Below are positions 18,914-28,502 of a stretch of 54,456 nucleotides of DNA, one piece after another. The stretch is from NCBI GenBank assembly GCA_963922235.1, contig CAWUIJ010000001.1:1-54456 (forward strand), in the 5' to 3' direction. Both the position numbers and the translations under genes were made by a program. The notes below the pieces were generated by a model that worked only from the letters and a program-made list of their open reading frames with translations, made no database searches and had not been told where the DNA came from. The first letter of the stretch is position 1. Each line of letters opens with the position of its first letter. This DNA comes from an uncultured Parvularcula sp. GTDB taxonomy: Bacteria; Pseudomonadota; Alphaproteobacteria; Caulobacterales; Parvularculaceae.

Positions 18914-21436
18914 ATGAGCCTTTCGGCTGCACGCCCACTGTTTCTTGCGATGTTGGCTCTTCTGTTTGCTGGTACCCAAGCGGCAGGACAGGACAACTTC
19001 ACGACCGTGGTACGCCAAATCGTGGTCACCGGGACGCAGCGGTTGGAGCCAGAAACGGTTCGGTCTTACCTCACGATCACGCCGGGCACGAACATTGATC
19101 AGGTTGTGATTGACGAGGGCCTGAAGGGTCTCTTCGCGACGGGTCTCTTCGAAGACGCGCAAATGGTCTTTAACGCAAGCAACGGCCTTCTGCAGGTCGA
19201 GGTCCAAGAGAACCCGATCGTTAACCGCGTGATCTATGTTGGCAACAAACGGCTCGACGACGACAAGTTCGAAGAGGAAGTCGAACTCGAGCCTCGGTCC
19301 ATCTACACGCGAGCCCGTGCCCAGGCCGATGCCCAGCGCATGATCGAAGTCTACCGGCGATCGGGCCGTTTTGGCGCAACGGTGACACCGCGCGTGAGGG
19401 AGCTCGAACGCAACCGCGTCGATGTGATTTTTGATATCGACGAGGGCCCGCGAACAGGCGTACGCGCCGTCAACTTTCTGGGTAATGAAGAATTTTCTGA
19501 CGCGGAACTTCGCGGTGTGGTCCTCACAGCTCCCTCGAGCTGGTGGAACATTCTCGAGAGCAACGACAATTATGACCCTGATCGCCTCGAATACGACCAG
19601 GAGCTGCTCCGTCAGCACTACAGCAAAAATGGCTTTGCCGATTTCGCAGTGCTCTCAGCAGTCGCTGAGCTGACCCCGGATCGTAAGGACTTCATCATCA
19701 CGATTGAGGTGGAAGAGGGCCCTAAATACGATTTCGGTAAGGTCGATGTGAACACGACCCTTTCGAAGCTCCCTGGCAAAGTCCTTCGCCGACGTGTACC
19801 GATCCGTACAGGCACTGTCTTTAATTCCGAGCGGATTGAAGACGCAGAAGAGGCGCTGACATTTGCCACGGGTGTCTACGGCTATGCGTTCGTTGATATC
19901 TACCCGCGTTTGGACAGAAACCCTGAGACCAAGACGATTGATGTCACCTTCGAGGTGAACGAAGGCCCGCGGGTCTATGTCGAAGAGATCAACATCAATG
20001 GTAACCAGCAAACCCTTGATCGTGTTATTCGCCGGGAGATGCGGCTCGTTGAGGGGGATGCGTTTAACCGAGTGCTGGTTGACCGATCTCAACGCCGCGT
20101 TCGGGGCTTGGGATTCTTCTCCGACGTGACCATTGATGAGCTGCCGGGCAGCGCGCCGGATCGTTCCGTGCTCAACGTGAACGTGACCGAACAACCGACG
20201 GGTAGTTTCCAAATCGGTGGTGGTGTCTCGTCCAACGATAACTTCATCTTCAATATCCAGCTGAACCAACAAAACCTCGCTGGTCGTGGCCAGAGCGTGC
20301 TCTTGGATCTCTCCGCGTCACAGCGGACCAATCGAGCGCGGATTTCATTGACCGAGCCTTACTTCTTAGGTCGCCGTCTTCGCGCTGGTGCTAGCTTATT
20401 TGTTCAGAGCACCGATTTTGAAGAGGCGGGATTTGTCTCAGAGACTTATGGCCTTGGTGCAAACTTTGGTTTCCCGGTTTCTGAGTTTGCGCAGCTCGGC
20501 CTCAATTATGGCCTCCGTTATGACAATCTGGAGCTTACAACCGACCTCACATTCGATTTCGATGAGGACGGTGAGATTGTTCCGAGCTCAGAGCTTGTCG
20601 ATGAAACTGCGGTTCGCAACGTTCGCGATCCTGAGACCACTGGTCTGGGTGTTGGGATCTTGACCACCGACCGTTGTAACGTTGTTCAGCTATCTGAAGA
20701 CCTTAACTGTGAAAACGACGGTGAGTTCGTGACGTCGTCGATAGGATATTCGCTCCGTATGGACCGGACAAACGATCCGATTGTTCCATCGCGCGGCTAT
20801 GCCATCAGTTTCTCACAGAACTTTGCCGGGTTCGGTGGTGACGTGAATTACTACCAGTCCACACTTCGGTCGTCCTACTATCACCCGCTTCCGTTCAAGT
20901 TCATTGGTTCACTGAAGTTCAACGGCGGTTACATCCAAAGCTTCAATGATGACGGTGTACGCCGGAACGACCGTTTCTTCCTGGGCGGTGGACGCGGCTT
21001 CCGCGGTTTCGATGTGGCGGGTGTTGGACCGCGATTGTTTGATGCCGACTCCGCTGTTCTCGGTAACCGCCGCGGACAGGCCGTCGGCGCCCGTGCCTAT
21101 GCTGTTGGTTCGGCTGAAGCGCTCATTCCGCTTCCCTTGCCTCCATCGGCAGGCCTCAGAGCGTCTCTCTTTGCAGACTTTGGCATTGCGGGTCTCGTCA
21201 ACGAAGCTGATGAGGAAGTGTTCAACGACCCAAGCATCGAGCGCGTTGACCTCTTTGGTAACTCAGATCCAGACGACCCTCTTCAAGCAGGTCTCGACCC
21301 GCGCGTTACAGCTGGCGTTGTGGTCAACTGGCGCTCACCCTTCGGTCCCGTGCAATTCGTGATCTCAGAAGCTGTGGTCGTTGAAGAGTATGACCGTCCT
21401 GAAGGTTTCCGCTTCTCGGCGGGTGGTCAGTTCTAA
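18914..21436 (+). CDS. bamA: Outer membrane protein assembly factor BamA
   Basis: Signal peptide, POTRA repeats, GFRGF loop-6 motif, SPFGP, terminal Phe. Confidence 0.98.
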   Translation: MSLSAARPLFLAMLALLFAGTQAAGQDNFTTVVRQIVVTGTQRLEPETVRSYLTITPGTNIDQVVIDEGLKGLFATGLFEDAQMVFNASNGLLQVEVQENPIVNRVIYVGNKRLDDDKFEEEVELEPRSIYTRARAQADAQRMIEVYRRSGRFGATVTPRVRELERNRVDVIFDIDEGPRTGVRAVNFLGNEEFSDAELRGVVLTAPSSWWNILESNDNYDPDRLEYDQELLRQHYSKNGFADFAVLSAVAELTPDRKDFIITIEVEEGPKYDFGKVDVNTTLSKLPGKVLRRRVPIRTGTVFNSERIEDAEEALTFATGVYGYAFVDIYPRLDRNPETKTIDVTFEVNEGPRVYVEEININGNQQTLDRVIRREMRLVEGDAFNRVLVDRSQRRVRGLGFFSDVTIDELPGSAPDRSVLNVNVTEQPTGSFQIGGGVSSNDNFIFNIQLNQQNLAGRGQSVLLDLSASQRTNRARISLTEPYFLGRRLRAGASLFVQSTDFEEAGFVSETYGLGANFGFPVSEFAQLGLNYGLRYDNLELTTDLTFDFDEDGEIVPSSELVDETAVRNVRDPETTGLGVGILTTDRCNVVQLSEDLNCENDGEFVTSSIGYSLRMDRTNDPIVPSRGYAISFSQNFAGFGGDVNYYQSTLRSSYYHPLPFKFIGSLKFNGGYIQSFNDDGVRRNDRFFLGGGRGFRGFDVAGVGPRLFDADSAVLGNRRGQAVGARAYAVGSAEALIPLPLPPSAGLRASLFADFGIAGLVNEADEEVFNDPSIERVDLFGNSDPDDPLQAGLDPRVTAGVVVNWRSPFGPVQFVISEAVVVEEYDRPEGFRFSAGGQF

Positions 21437-21587
21437 TCGCTCACGAAGCGTGATCGAGATCATCGCGTTGGCCAGTGGATTTCGCTTCTCTCATCCTGCA
21501 TGCCATCATGCGAAAAGCGTTTCGTAAGAGCCGTCATAAGGAGCGAACAGAGCGGGTTTTCCGCCCGTAGCTGGTCCAGTGGTGTAT

Positions 21588-22583
21588 ATGACTTTACCAG
21601 ATTCTCGGTTTTTCCGGCTGATTGAACCCATGGCGCCTGCGGCAGCAGCTAAGCTTTCCGCGGGCGTTCTTGTGACGGACGGCGGCAAGGCCATTTCATC
21701 CGTGGCGGATCCGACCATTGGCGGGGATGGGGCTGTCTGCTTCGCTGAGAAGCCAGGCGGCACAATCGGTCCCGCAGCATTGCTGGTCGTACCGCAAGGG
21801 CAATCTTGGGACATCCCCAGCCACGTGGCTTCTATTTTGGAAGCCCCGTCACCGCGTCTTGCCTACGCAAAGATTGCAGCTGGTTTGTTTGAGAGCAAAA
21901 GCGAAAATGGCCCCGAAGATGAGACGCCAGCGGACGTCTCTCCGGAGGCCAAGGTTCACCCGACCGCGGTGATCGGGCCGGGTGCTGTGATCTCCGAGGG
22001 CGCACTGATTGGCCCGCATGCGGTGATCGGCCATGGTGTTGTGATTGGCGCAGGGACAAAGATTGGCCCCAATGCCTCTATCACCCATTCGACAGTGGGC
22101 GCAGGATGTTCAATCTCAGCTGGCGCACGCATTGGTGAGGCAGGCTTTGGCTATGTGCCTGGTGACATGGGCGCGGTTTACATTCCTCAACTCGGCGCCG
22201 TGCGCATAGGCAATCGCGTTGATATCGGCGCAAACACCACCATCGACCGCGGTATGCTGACGGATACCGAAATCGGTGATGGTACAAAAATCGATAACCT
22301 CTGCCAGATCGCGCACAATTGTAAGATCGGCCGCTCGGTTCTCATTGCCAGCCATACCGGCGTTTCTGGCTCATGTGTTGTCGGTGACGGTGTGATGATG
22401 GGTGGTCAGGTCGGGATGGCTGAACACGTCACGATTGGTGCCGGCGCTGAACTGGCGGCGCGGAGCGGCCTCATGCGTGATGTTGAGCCCGGTGGCCGCG
22501 TGGGCGGAGCACCTGCTAAGCCCTTCCGACAGTGGATGAAAGAAGTTGCGGCTGTCAGCCGTTTAGCGGAAAAAAAGAAGTGA
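21588..22583 (+). CDS. lpxD: UDP-3-O-acylglucosamine N-acyltransferase
   Basis: Hexapeptide repeats, [25 protein letters not shown]. Confidence 0.97.
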   Translation: MTLPDSRFFRLIEPMAPAAAAKLSAGVLVTDGGKAISSVADPTIGGDGAVCFAEKPGGTIGPAALLVVPQGQSWDIPSHVASILEAPSPRLAYAKIAAGLFESKSENGPEDETPADVSPEAKVHPTAVIGPGAVISEGALIGPHAVIGHGVVIGAGTKIGPNASITHSTVGAGCSISAGARIGEAGFGYVPGDMGAVYIPQLGAVRIGNRVDIGANTTIDRGMLTDTEIGDGTKIDNLCQIAHNCKIGRSVLIASHTGVSGSCVVGDGVMMGGQVGMAEHVTIGAGAELAARSGLMRDVEPGGRVGGAPAKPFRQWMKEVAAVSRLAEKKK

Positions 22584-23047
22584 TGCCTGAACAAGACGAT
22601 ATCCTGACGGATCTTGATGTTGCCGCTATTCAAGCGCTGATCCCGCATCGTTATCCGTTTTTGATGATCGACAAGGTCGTCAACATTTCTCGCACGGAAG
22701 GCGCGGTTGGCGTCAAGAACGTGACGATCAATGAGCCTTTTTTTGAAGGCCATTTCCCGCAGATGCCGGTCATGCCTGGTGTGCTGATCATCGAAGCAAT
22801 GGCACAAACTGCAGCCTCCTATACTGTGCATGCAGATGATCTCGACTCTGATGGTAAAATCGTTCTGTTTATGGGTGTGGAGAAGGCAAAGTTCAGAAAG
22901 CCGGTGGTCCCTGGCGATCAGCTCGAACTCCACGTCAAAGTCGTCCAGCGGCGTCCGCCGGTCTGGAAGTATGAAGGTAAGGCCAAGGTGAACGGCAAAG
23001 TGGTTGCTGAAGCGATCTTTGCTGCGATGTTGGCGGAGGCAAAGTAA
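22583..23047 (+). CDS. fabZ: 3-hydroxyacyl-ACP dehydratase
   Basis: PHRYPFL, FEGHFP...[12 protein letters not shown]. Confidence 0.98.
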   Translation: MPEQDDILTDLDVAAIQALIPHRYPFLMIDKVVNISRTEGAVGVKNVTINEPFFEGHFPQMPVMPGVLIIEAMAQTAASYTVHADDLDSDGKIVLFMGVEKAKFRKPVVPGDQLELHVKVVQRRPPVWKYEGKAKVNGKVVAEAIFAAMLAEAK

Positions 23048-23838
23048 TGGCTGTTCATTCGCGTGCGATAGTTGAGGATGGAGCCCAGCTGGGCGATGAT
23101 GTCGAAATCGGTCCGTTCGTCCATGTCGGCCCCCATGTGAAGCTCGGAAATCGAGTGAAGCTTCATCCCCATGCTGTTGTTCTGGGAAACACGACGGTGG
23201 GTGATGACACGGAAGTGATGCCATTCGCTGTCTTGGGCATGCCCCCACAGCACTTGAATTATAAAGGAGAAAAAACGACCCTAACCATCGGCGCGCGCAA
23301 TCAGATCCGAGAGCACGTGACAATGCATCCGGGGACGGAACAAGGCGGCGGCCAAACGGTCGTGGGCGATGATGGGCTTTATATGGTGGGCTGCCATGTC
23401 GCTCATGACTGCATGATCGGCAATAACGTCATTATGGCGAACAATGCGACACTGGGCGGTCATATCGAGATCGGCAATTATGTCTTTGTGTCAGGGATTA
23501 CCGCAATCCATCAGTTCACACGGCTCGGCAATTATTGCTTTGTCGGTGGCGGCGCGATTCTCGGTAGCGATGTCATTCCTTATGGTTCAGTGTTCGGAAA
23601 TCGCGCAAAGCTCGAAGGCCTCAACATTGTTGGCATGAAGCGCCGAGGGATGGACCGAAAGGCTATCCATTCGATCCGGGCTGCCTACCGTCAGCTTTTC
23701 GCTCCCGAGGGGACGCTGCAAGAACGCATTGCAGACGCGACGGAGCTCTACAAAGACTCCCCTGTGGTCATGGAAATCGTTGATTTCATGAAGGCCAATA
23801 GCGAGGAGAACCGGCCTCTATGTCTTCCGGCCATGTAG
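23047..23838 (+). CDS. lpxA: UDP-N-acetylglucosamine O-acyltransferase
   Basis: Hexapeptide repeats, HVAHDC, GLNIVGMKRRG. Confidence 0.98.
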   Translation: MAVHSRAIVEDGAQLGDDVEIGPFVHVGPHVKLGNRVKLHPHAVVLGNTTVGDDTEVMPFAVLGMPPQHLNYKGEKTTLTIGARNQIREHVTMHPGTEQGGGQTVVGDDGLYMVGCHVAHDCMIGNNVIMANNATLGGHIEIGNYVFVSGITAIHQFTRLGNYCFVGGGAILGSDVIPYGSVFGNRAKLEGLNIVGMKRRGMDRKAIHSIRAAYRQLFAPEGTLQERIADATELYKDSPVVMEIVDFMKANSEENRPLCLPAM

Positions 23839-24704
23839 ACGAGGGGGCGTGGTCGCGTCTCGGCATCTTGGCGGGTGGCGGGACTCTTCCCCTTCGCGTT
23901 GCTGAAGCTGAGACGAAGGCAGGTCGTGAGCCTTTCGTTATCCGACTGACGAACGAAGACAGTCCGATTGCGTCCTATCCAAACGATCAGGTACAGATTG
24001 GCGAGCTGGGCCGGGTTATCAAACGCCTCAAAAAGGAGGGATGCGACGCAGTTTGCTTTGCTGGACAACTCAAGCGCCCCAATTTTGCATCGATCAAAGC
24101 CGATCTGCGCGGAGCAATGGTTTTGCCGAAAGTTGTGGCGGCGGCTCGAAAGGGCGATGGCGCCATTCTTGATGTGATCGTGGATGTCTTTGAGGGCGAG
24201 GGATTTCAAGTTGTCGGGGCTGAGGCAGCGTCCGATCGACTTTTGCTTCCCCAAGGGTCGCTTGGCGGTAAAGCACCGCATGCAGAGCATATGAAAGACA
24301 TTGCTAAAGGCATGGGCGTGGTCAATGCGCTCGGTCCCTTTGATGTCGGCCAAGGCGCTGTCATCAGGCGGGGTTTTGTCTTAGCCATCGAAGCGGCGGA
24401 GGGAACGGATGCCATGCTGCAGCGCTGCGCCGAGCTTCCTGAGACCCTTAAAGGTTTTGAGCCGGGAGAAGACACGAACCTTTTGGGTGTCCTCGTGAAG
24501 TGCCCAAAACCCGGCCAGGAGCTTCGCGTTGATCTGCCAACAATTGGTGTGGAAACGATCGAACGAGCGGCTGCTGCTGGCTTGGCAGGCGTGGCTGCGC
24601 AGGCCGAGCATGCCTTGATCATCGATCGGGAGGACGTGATTGCGAGAGCCAACAGTCTTGGCCTCTTCGTCTATGGTTTCTTGGCCGAGGAGGTGGCGGA
24701 TTGA
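23820..24704 (+). CDS. lpxI: UDP-2,3-diacylglucosamine pyrophosphatase LpxI
   Basis: GILAGGGTLP, DVGQ, EAAEGTDAML, Q.LRVDLPTIG; lies between lpxA and lpxB. Confidence 0.95.
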   Translation: MSSGHVDEGAWSRLGILAGGGTLPLRVAEAETKAGREPFVIRLTNEDSPIASYPNDQVQIGELGRVIKRLKKEGCDAVCFAGQLKRPNFASIKADLRGAMVLPKVVAAARKGDGAILDVIVDVFEGEGFQVVGAEAASDRLLLPQGSLGGKAPHAEHMKDIAKGMGVVNALGPFDVGQGAVIRRGFVLAIEAAEGTDAMLQRCAELPETLKGFEPGEDTNLLGVLVKCPKPGQELRVDLPTIGVETIERAAAAGLAGVAAQAEHALIIDREDVIARANSLGLFVYGFLAEEVAD

Positions 24705-25885
24705 CCCGTACGATCCTTCTTTGCGCGTGTGAACCATCCGGCGACGCTCTTGGTGCGTCGCTTATGGCAGCACTTAAAGAACGCTTGCCTAACCTGCGTT
24801 TCATCGGTGGTGGTGGACCGTTGATGGCCGAGCAAGGTCTGGAGAATCCACTCGACACAGATCAATTGGCGGTCATGGGCCCTGCGGACGCTCTTGCGGC
24901 GATCCCCAAAGCGTTGGGTTTGGCGTCATCGTTCGCCAAGTTGGCTCGTGATGAAAAGCCGGACATTGCTATTTTGGTTGATAGCTGGGCCTTTTCGAAG
25001 GTCGTCGCGGAACGGATCAAAAAGAAGGCCCCAGAGACGAAGCTTGCCAAACTCGGTGTCCCGCAGGTTTGGGCGTCCCGCCCGCATCGCGCCGCCGTGG
25101 CTTCCGAACTCTTCGATTTGCTTCTTTGCCTCTTACCCTTTGAGCCAAAGCATTTCACGGATGTGGGCGGTGCGGCCAAGTTTGTGGGCAATCCGAACTA
25201 TCAAATCGCCGCGTCGACCCCGCGTTCTGGTCCAGGGTTTCGTGCGAAACATGATATTGGTGATGCGCCGCTTCTGCTTCTTTTGCCGGGAAGCCGGAAT
25301 GGCGAAGTGAAACGCCTGTTGCCCGTCTTTGAACCAACGCTTGCAGAGATCTCCTCCCGTATTCCGGGACTTCGCACAGCCTTGATCGCAGCGCCTTCAG
25401 TTGAGGCACGCGTCAGGGCGGAGGCGGCCACATGGGACACGGAGGTTTTGATCGTTCCGCCTGAGGAGCGCTTCAACGCATTTGATGCAGGGGATGTGGC
25501 TCTCGTCGCGTCCGGGACGGTCACAACCGAGCTGGCACTTGCCGGAACGCCGATGGTTGTGACCTACAAGGTGGCGCCCATTGCCGCTTACTATGCCAAA
25601 AAAGTGATCACCACACCATTTATCACGATACTGAATATAATGGCTGGTGAAGCCGTGATACCGGAGCGCATTCAGCAAGACTGTATGTCGTCGCAGTTAA
25701 GCGCGGATGTGATCAGGCTCTTTCAAGATGACGATGCGCGGCGGCGGCAAACATCAGCGTTTCGCCGCCTCTTACCTGGTCTCATCGGCTCGAGCGATGC
25801 TGCTGATCAGGCGGCCGAAGAGATTGTGAAGTTAATCGACAGCGAAAATGGCAGCGACCTCGACAGCAGCACCGCGGGGGAGTGA
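24701..25885 (+). CDS. lpxB: Lipid-A-disaccharide synthase
   Basis: EPSGD, PQVWA, LPFE, LLPGSR, ASGT. Confidence 0.97.
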   Translation: MTRTILLCACEPSGDALGASLMAALKERLPNLRFIGGGGPLMAEQGLENPLDTDQLAVMGPADALAAIPKALGLASSFAKLARDEKPDIAILVDSWAFSKVVAERIKKKAPETKLAKLGVPQVWASRPHRAAVASELFDLLLCLLPFEPKHFTDVGGAAKFVGNPNYQIAASTPRSGPGFRAKHDIGDAPLLLLLPGSRNGEVKRLLPVFEPTLAEISSRIPGLRTALIAAPSVEARVRAEAATWDTEVLIVPPEERFNAFDAGDVALVASGTVTTELALAGTPMVVTYKVAPIAAYYAKKVITTPFITILNIMAGEAVIPERIQQDCMSSQLSADVIRLFQDDDARRRQTSAFRRLLPGLIGSSDAADQAAEEIVKLIDSENGSDLDSSTAGE

Positions 25886-26293
25886 GGGGCATCCCACGGC
25901 CGCGCGTGCGTGACGACCGCGGTCGGCGAACAGGTCCTCCATGAGATTGGAGGCGCCGTTGATCACTTCTGGATGATCTTTGAAGCTCGGCGTACATGCG
26001 ACAAAGCCGTCCAGCTTGATACAGCATTGAGCACGCCCGAGATCCCCGCCCAAAGCGTGCTTGAGTTGAGAAACAATCATCACGCCGCACGCCTCAGCCG
26101 CTTTCGCGCCTTCTTCTGTGGTGAGCGTATCACCCACGACACCTGTGATGAGGTCGCCATTGCGAAAAGGGAGCTGGCCTGAGATAAAAATCAGTGAACC
26201 CACTTTCCGAGAAGGCACATAGCTCGCCAAAGGCAGGGCCGGTTCTGGCAGGATCAGGCCTTTCTCAGCCAGTTTATGCTCGACAGTGGTCAT
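25832..26293 (-). CDS. RidA/YjgF family protein
   Basis: ISGQLP, INGAS, GRHARAAVG..SLP..AAVEV. Confidence 0.93.
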   Translation of the reverse strand: MTTVEHKLAEKGLILPEPALPLASYVPSRKVGSLIFISGQLPFRNGDLITGVVGDTLTTEEGAKAAEACGVMIVSQLKHALGGDLGRAQCCIKLDGFVACTPSFKDHPEVINGASNLMEDLFADRGRHARAAVGCPSLPRGAAVEVAAIFAVD

Positions 26294-26322
26294 GTTGATT
26301 TCCTCCCTCGTGGTCCCTCAAA

Positions 26323-26667
26323 CTAAGCGCCAAGAAGGGCGTTTTGCACGTCTTTTGTCCAGCCGACATGGACAGCTTCTCCGACCTCGATCACTGGACG
26401 CTTAATCAAAGTGGGATGGCTTTGGAGAAGAGCAGAAGGCTCTTCATTCCGTTCGTCTTCGGACAGGTTGCGCCAAGTGGTTGAGCGTTTGTTGATCAGC
26501 ACGTCTTGTCCCACGGCTTCGAGCCACTTGGGGAGCAAAGCGCTGAGGTCCGCTTCCGTCCTAATGTCGACAAAGCTCGGTGACAGCCCGCCATCGCGCA
26601 GCGCCTTCAGCGCCTTCTTGCAAGTGTCGCAGTTCTTGAGGCCTGTGAGAGTGAGGTCCATATCCAT
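26323..26667 (-). CDS. ArsC/Spx (YffB-like) family protein
   Basis: GLKNCDTCKKA, INKRSTTWR, HPTLIKRPV. Confidence 0.92.
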   Translation of the reverse strand: MDMDLTLTGLKNCDTCKKALKALRDGGLSPSFVDIRTEADLSALLPKWLEAVGQDVLINKRSTTWRNLSEDERNEEPSALLQSHPTLIKRPVIEVGEAVHVGWTKDVQNALLGA

Positions 26668-26679
26668 TCCAAAGGTGGG

Positions 26680-27951
26680 TTAGCGTTTTGTGGTGCGACG
26701 GTCGCGCATGGTGCCGATGACATCTTTTCCAAACTTGCCCCTCAATGTCGCCAGCGCGTCTTCGCGTTGCCGGTGTCGTTCATGATCTTCAGGGTAGGCA
26801 AGGTCTGCTCGCGCGACGTCATCCGAGACCAAGTCAGAAATCCCTACACCGATCAAGCGATAGGCATGGTGTGGGGAACGCAACTGCTCTTCAGCGAGCA
26901 GTGACTTGGCTTCTTCGAATAGGACGGCAGCCAAATTGGTGGCCACACCGAGCGTTCGGCGGCGCGTGAGACTTTTGAATTGTGCGGTTTTGAGCTTCAA
27001 GGTGACCACCAGACCGGCAAGGCCTTTTTCCTTTGCGCGCTCCGATACCTTTTGCGCCATAGCGTAGAGGCGATCTTCGAGAATCGTGCGGTCCATCGTA
27101 TCTGTCTCGAAGGTGGTTTCTCCTGAGACCGACTTCGTTGTGCGGTCAAGGCGAACGGGCCGGGGGTCTCTGCCCATCGCGCGTGCATGGAGCCAAAGGC
27201 CGTTTTCACCAAAGCGTTCGGTCAGGGTGCGGAGATCAAGCGCTTGCACGTCCCCTATTGTGTGGATGCCCTCTTTCTCCAGCTTGGCGGCAAAAGCTGC
27301 GCCTACGCCGTAAATTTTCCGAACGGGTAGGCCCGCCAAAAAGGAGATGGTTTCCGCTTCACCAATCACGGCGAAGCCCCGCGGCTTATCGAGATCTGAT
27401 GCCAGTTTTGCCAGCGACTTGTTGTGGCTGAGCCCGATGGAGACGGTGATTCCCACCTCCTGTTCGATGCGCCGTTGAAGTTTGACCAGCGTGGAAGCGG
27501 GCGCGCAGCCGTGAAGGCGCTCTGTTCCGGAAAGATCGACAAAGGCCTCATCGATCGACACCGGCTCCACCAAGGGCGTCATGTCATGCATCGCTGCTCG
27601 GACAAGCTTCGAGGCCGCTCGATAGGCTTCGAATCGCGGCTTCGCGATCACCGCGTCGGGACAGAGCCGTTTTGCTTTGAACATCGGCATGGCCGAGCGG
27701 ACACCGTAGGTTCGCGCGATATAGCAGGCTGCCGACACCACCCCTCGCTGACCTCCACCCACCAGAACCGGTTTGTGTTCGAGGCTCGGATCATCTCTTT
27801 TTTCCACAGCCGCGAAAAAAGCATCACAATCCACATGGGCAATCGAGAGGGTGGTGATCTCTGGGTGAGAGAGACGACGGAAGCCAGAACAGGCGTTTTG
27901 GTCGCAACAAGCGGAAAAAGCACCGCAACCTAGACAAAGATCACCCGTCAA
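26680..27951 (-). CDS. dinB: DNA polymerase IV
   Basis: HVDCDAFFAAVE, SIDEAF, AKLASD..KPRG; N-terminal Cys cluster. Confidence 0.97.
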   Translation of the reverse strand: MTGDLCLGCGAFSACCDQNACSGFRRLSHPEITTLSIAHVDCDAFFAAVEKRDDPSLEHKPVLVGGGQRGVVSAACYIARTYGVRSAMPMFKAKRLCPDAVIAKPRFEAYRAASKLVRAAMHDMTPLVEPVSIDEAFVDLSGTERLHGCAPASTLVKLQRRIEQEVGITVSIGLSHNKSLAKLASDLDKPRGFAVIGEAETISFLAGLPVRKIYGVGAAFAAKLEKEGIHTIGDVQALDLRTLTERFGENGLWLHARAMGRDPRPVRLDRTTKSVSGETTFETDTMDRTILEDRLYAMAQKVSERAKEKGLAGLVVTLKLKTAQFKSLTRRRTLGVATNLAAVLFEEAKSLLAEEQLRSPHHAYRLIGVGISDLVSDDVARADLAYPEDHERHRQREDALATLRGKFGKDVIGTMRDRRTTKR

Positions 27952-27964
27952 ACCGTCACCGCCG

Positions 27965-27979
27965 TCAACCTGTGATTAA
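27965..27979. promoter_or_regulatory. Possible CtrA-binding site upstream of divK
   Basis: TCAA-N7-TTAA, one mismatch to TTAA-N7-TTAA. Confidence 0.35.
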
Positions 27980-28091
27980 GCCCCGGCAACCTAAGCCGGA
28001 TGAAATTGAGGGCTCTCAGAGACTCGCCCTTAATCTTAAAGCGCGTTCTAACCATGCAAGTGGGGGGCCCGCAAACCGGTGGATAAGGGCC

Positions 28092-28466
28092 ATGGACACA
28101 GGCGTGAAGACCATTCTGGTGGTTGAGGATAACGAGCTGAATATGAAGCTCTTCAACGACCTGCTTGAGGTTCAAGGCTATAAGATCCTGCAAGCGGGCA
28201 ACGGTGACGACGCCTATCGTCTTGCGATGGACCATACGCCTGATCTTATTTTGATGGACATTCAGCTGCCTGAACGGTCGGGAACTGAGGTTGCGCGGCA
28301 AATGAAGTCCGAGCCGCAGCTTGCAAGCGTACCGATCATTGCGATCACGGCCTTCGCTATGAAGGACGATGAGGAACGTATTCGCTCAGCGGGATGTGAT
28401 GATTATCTGGCAAAACCTATCTCCGTCACGGAGTTCCTTGAGAAAGTGAAAAGGTATTTGACTTAA
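28092..28466 (+). CDS. divK: Polar differentiation response regulator DivK
   Basis: VEDNELNMKLF.DLL, LMDIQLP, TAFAMK.DEERIR; precedes pleD. Confidence 0.95.
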   Translation: MDTGVKTILVVEDNELNMKLFNDLLEVQGYKILQAGNGDDAYRLAMDHTPDLILMDIQLPERSGTEVARQMKSEPQLASVPIIAITAFAMKDDEERIRSAGCDDYLAKPISVTEFLEKVKRYLT

Positions 28467-28502
28467 CCCTGTTCCGGCAAGACCGCTTGCTAGGGATGGA
28501 TT

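Noticed and set aside
25832-25885. 54-nt convergent overlap of lpxB and the RidA-family gene
   Set aside because: The overlapping LpxB tail is non-conserved, consistent with ordinary stop-codon drift.
27860-27951. Cys-rich N-terminal extension of DinB as a novel fusion
   Set aside because: This is a usual feature of alphaproteobacterial Pol IV; no LexA box was seen upstream either.
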